Assembly (NCBI GenBank): GCA_964618815.1
Contig: CAZUBT010000006.1
Span: 739 to 64,738, forward strand
Origin: an uncultured Desulfobacterales bacterium
GTDB lineage: Bacteria > Desulfobacterota > Desulfobaccia > Desulfobaccales > 0-14-0-80-60-11
DNA length: 64,000 nt
Reading direction: 5' to 3'
Below, piece by piece: positions 61,275-64,000 of this stretch; position 1 is the stretch's first letter, and every line of letters starts with the position of its first letter. The notes beneath the pieces are model-generated. The model was given only the letters and a program-made list of their open reading frames with translations. It did not search any database and had not been told where the DNA came from. A program made the position numbers and the translations under genes.

Positions 61275-61871
61275 ATGCCTTTGTCCCGCTATGTCGCACT
61301 TGCATCGGCAGTTGCTCTGATGGCGGCCCTGTCCTTGCCGGGCCAGGCTCAGACCCCGGCCCCGGTTCAGCCCCAGGCCCAGACCCCGGCGGCGGCGCCC
61401 GCAAAGGCGCCGGCCCCCGCACCGTCCGGCAAGGTTGCCTGCGGGCCGGACCACGCCATTCTTTACAAGCGAGCCGTAACCTTGCTGGACAACGCCGAAA
61501 AGAAGCTCAACGCCCGCTACACCGCGGAGGCCAAGGCCCTGGCCAAGGAAGCCAATGCGCTCTTCAGTATCCTGGCCAAGGAGTGCGGCCCGGCTCAGAA
61601 GGAGCGGCTGCTCACCCCCAAAGAAGAGCAGCAAGAGGCCATCAATCAGAAGCTCTGCGCGGATGAACGGGCCCAGGCCGACCGGCTGATGAAGTCCGCG
61701 GAAGACAAGGAAAAGAAGAGCGCCCAACAGGAGGCCAAGGAGCCGGACCTTTCCTTGAAAAACCAAAAGGAAGCCAGAGACGAATACGAGCAGGCCCACA
61801 AACGTTATATCAAGTCGGAAATCTATGCTCTCAGGAACCAGCAGATCGTCTTCCGCTTTCTGGGGCCGTGA
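61275..61871 (+). CDS. secreted Ala/Lys/Glu-rich protein of unknown function
   Basis: ATG at 61275 with GAGGA 7 nt upstream; signal peptide ending LPGQAQ; PAP-repeat then helical charged region. Confidence 0.5.
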   Translation: MPLSRYVALASAVALMAALSLPGQAQTPAPVQPQAQTPAAAPAKAPAPAPSGKVACGPDHAILYKRAVTLLDNAEKKLNARYTAEAKALAKEANALFSILAKECGPAQKERLLTPKEEQQEAINQKLCADERAQADRLMKSAEDKEKKSAQQEAKEPDLSLKNQKEARDEYEQAHKRYIKSEIYALRNQQIVFRFLGP

Positions 61872-61887
61872 TCCGGTTCGCAAATAT

Positions 61888-61994
61888 TTAACCACAGAGA
61901 GCACAGGAAACACCGGGGGGACACAGAGGGAACCATAATTTTGTCTTGCAGGCGCAATTATGGTTCTCCGTGTTCTCCGTGCCTCTGTGGTTAA
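61888..61994. repeat. about 107-bp palindromic element (TTAACCACAGAGAGCACAGG ... CCGTGCCTCTGTGGTTAA)
   Basis: Self-complementary arms around AACCATAATT...AATTATGGTT. Confidence 0.8.
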
Positions 61995-62037
61995 TCTTTT
62001 TTTTCAGAACTCACATGCCCTCCGGGGAGGCCCAACC

Positions 62038-62685
62038 TTGCTCCTTACTATTTTCAGCGAAGCCGTGGGCCCCTATCAGGTGATGACTTATCTGGCGGGG
62101 TGCCCGGAGACCCGGGAGGCCATGGTCATCGACCCCGGCGGCCCGGCCCCGGGGCTGCTGGCTAGGCTGCGGCAAGAGGGCTGGCGACTAAAGTGGATCG
62201 TCAACACTCACGGCCATTCGGACCACACCGCGGGCAATGACCGGTGGGTCGAAGAAACTGGCGCCGCGGTGGTGATCCACCGTTCGGACTGGGAATTTTT
62301 CAGCGCCCCGGAAATGCAGGACGCGGCCCGGGCCGAGGGGTTTCCGCCCCTGTCCCGGGCGGACCTTCTGGTGGAAGACGGCAGCCGTCTCTCCCTGGGC
62401 CGCTTTGAGGCCGTGGTGATCCACACCCCGGGCCACTCCCCCGGCTCCATCTGCCTCCACTTCCCGGGCCACCTGTTCACCGGGGATACCTTGTTTGTGG
62501 GCGCGGCGGGTCGCACCGACCTGCCGGGGGCCTCTCTTAATCAGCTCATAGAGTCCCTGGAGCGCAAAATCATGCCCTTGCCGGATGACACCCAAATCTG
62601 GCCCGGACATGATTATGGCGACACCCCCATCTCCACCCTGGGGGAGGAAAAGGTCAACAATCCCTTCCTGACGGATTTCTTTTAA
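62038..62685 (+). CDS. MBL-fold metallo-hydrolase (glyoxalase II-like)
   Basis: THGHSDH zinc motif, TPGHSPGS, GDTLF; TTG start at 62038 after GGGGAGG chosen because the upstream ATG lies inside a palindromic repeat. Confidence 0.8.
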   Translation: MLLTIFSEAVGPYQVMTYLAGCPETREAMVIDPGGPAPGLLARLRQEGWRLKWIVNTHGHSDHTAGNDRWVEETGAAVVIHRSDWEFFSAPEMQDAARAEGFPPLSRADLLVEDGSRLSLGRFEAVVIHTPGHSPGSICLHFPGHLFTGDTLFVGAAGRTDLPGASLNQLIESLERKIMPLPDDTQIWPGHDYGDTPISTLGEEKVNNPFLTDFF

Positions 62686-62813
62686 GCCCCCTGATCCCTT
62701 TTACCCCCCTTTCAAACCGGAATGGAGATTTAAGGTTGCACATTCCCGGGGGGCGATTTATTAATTAAGATAGCTGGTTGTTTCTTGACCTGAAATCCCG
62801 GTGATTGGTGGAT

Positions 62814-64000
62814 ATGGGTGAACCGGTGTCCCAATTTTTAACCCTCCTGCTGGACAGTCTGCCGGATACCTTTATCCTGGTCCTGGACCAGGAGCGCCGG
62901 ATCATCTATGCTAACACCTCCTTTATGGAACAGTTCGGCCTGGGACCCCAGGATCTCATGGGACATCATTGCATCCATCTGGCCGATGCCGCGGGCGGTC
63001 CGGAGGGGGGGGAGTGGTTTTGTCCCGCGGAGCAAGACCCTGCCTACCGGGGCCGGAAGCATATGACCCGGGAGATCCAGGGGAAGGAATTTGTCTTCGA
63101 GGTCAACTGTTATCCTCTTAAGGACGAAGTGGGAAACTGGCTCCGGGTGGTGGTTTACCGGGATGTATCCCATAACCGCCGATTGGAGCAGGAACTGCGG
63201 AAGACCTACGAACTGGAGCGTAACCTCATGGACGCCTCCATAGACGGCATCGTGGTCAATGATCTGGGGGGCAATGTTTTGATTTTCAACCAGGGGGCCG
63301 CCAGGATCCTGGGGTACACGCCGGAGGAGGTCATCGGCAAACTCAATGTGTCCAATCTCTATCCTCCCGGTCAGGCCCATCTGATTAAGGAAAAGATTTA
63401 TGAGGCCGCCCACGGGGGCCTGGGGATTTTAGAATATTATGAGACCATGGTGCTTCACAAAAACGGTGACCTGGTTCCCGTCTGGCTGGCGGCCCGCATT
63501 TTATCGGAAGATGGCCGGGATGTGGGGATCGTCGGCTATTTTCGGGACCTCCGGGAACGGAAGCGGATGGAAGAAGAGCTGCTGCGCCATGAACGCCTGG
63601 CCTCCCTGGGCAGGATGGTGGCCCATATCACTCATGAGATCAAAAACCCCCTGACGGTCATCGGCGGTTTCGCCCATCAATTGGAGCGCCTGGCGTCCAT
63701 GCCCCGGGAGGCCGGCCATAAATTGCGCCTCATCCATGAAGAGGTGAGTCGCCTGGAAAAGTTCCTATCAGATCTGAGCAACTTCACCCGCAGCGCCCCC
63801 AGCCAGAAAGACCCCGGCGATGTGGCGGCCCTGATCCGTGAAGTAGGGGACCTGATGCAGGACAGCTTTAAAGAGAAAGGGGTGATTTTCCGAGTGCAGG
63901 CCGAGGAAATCCCCCTCTTTCCCTTCGATGCCGGTCAGATTCGCCAGGTTCTGGTCAATATTTTCAAAAACGCCCTGGAGGCCATGCCCCAGGGGGGCGA
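62814..64000 (+). CDS. PAS-PAS sensor histidine kinase (3' end outside window)
   Basis: Own translation from the ATG at 62814: two PAS-like modules, then H-box HITHEIKNPL and the start of the HATPase N-box (NIFKNALEA); absent from the ORF track because no stop lies in the window. Confidence 0.85.
   Translation, partial: MGEPVSQFLTLLLDSLPDTFILVLDQERRIIYANTSFMEQFGLGPQDLMGHHCIHLADAAGGPEGGEWFCPAEQDPAYRGRKHMTREIQGKEFVFEVNCYPLKDEVGNWLRVVVYRDVSHNRRLEQELRKTYELERNLMDASIDGIVVNDLGGNVLIFNQGAARILGYTPEEVIGKLNVSNLYPPGQAHLIKEKIYEAAHGGLGILEYYETMVLHKNGDLVPVWLAARILSEDGRDVGIVGYFRDLRERKRMEEELLRHERLASLGRMVAHITHEIKNPLTVIGGFAHQLERLASMPREAGHKLRLIHEEVSRLEKFLSDLSNFTRSAPSQKDPGDVAALIREVGDLMQDSFKEKGVIFRVQAEEIPLFPFDAGQIRQVLVNIFKNALEAMPQGG

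Noticed and set aside
62838-63413. 191-aa minus-strand ORF
   Set aside because: It lies antisense to a plus-strand PAS histidine kinase that I translated manually from 62814. The kinase has an H-box and N-box and runs off the window end.

Overview
High-GC (about 60% in sampled lines) bacterial chromosomal segment, mostly housekeeping genes. Gene content (tetraheme cytochrome c3, the DapL lysine route, a selenocysteine-containing SelD plus YedF) suggests an anaerobic Thermodesulfobacteriota/deltaproteobacterium-like organism; this taxonomy is inference only. Recognisable blocks, all on the minus strand: pgpA-cinA-thpR-recA-alaS; lysA-dapF-dapA-dapB-FAH-dapL; argB-argD-argF-argG-(two unrelated genes)-argH; xerC-hslV-(TA-like insert)-hslU. 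On the plus strand: leuS-lptE-holA, purC, pcnB and a dGTPase-like/EEP/L,D-transpeptidase run. No rRNA, tRNA or CRISPR array was recognised by eye. Three things stand out. (1) Small AT-rich accessory insertions sit in the core backbone. The most interesting is a two-gene islet at 24.35-25.54 kb encoding a RES-domain protein (NAD+-targeting toxin fold) downstream of a tiny two-TM membrane protein rather than the usual Xre/DUF2384 antitoxin. Others are a DUF4258/DUF2283 cassette inside hslVU, an MNT-HepT pair and a low-GC GT-C glycosyltransferase. (2) selD is recoded: an in-frame TGA (Sec) lies 40 codons upstream of the ORF-track start. (3) Almost every intergenic spacer is filled with repeats: heptanucleotide tandem arrays, often in inverted pairs; at least nine GC-rich hairpin (REP/REPIN-like) families, most headed by GTAG; and several 90-200 bp MITE-like composite elements. 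No transposase or RAYT gene is present in the window. All calls come from reading the sequence and translations by eye; no searches were run.
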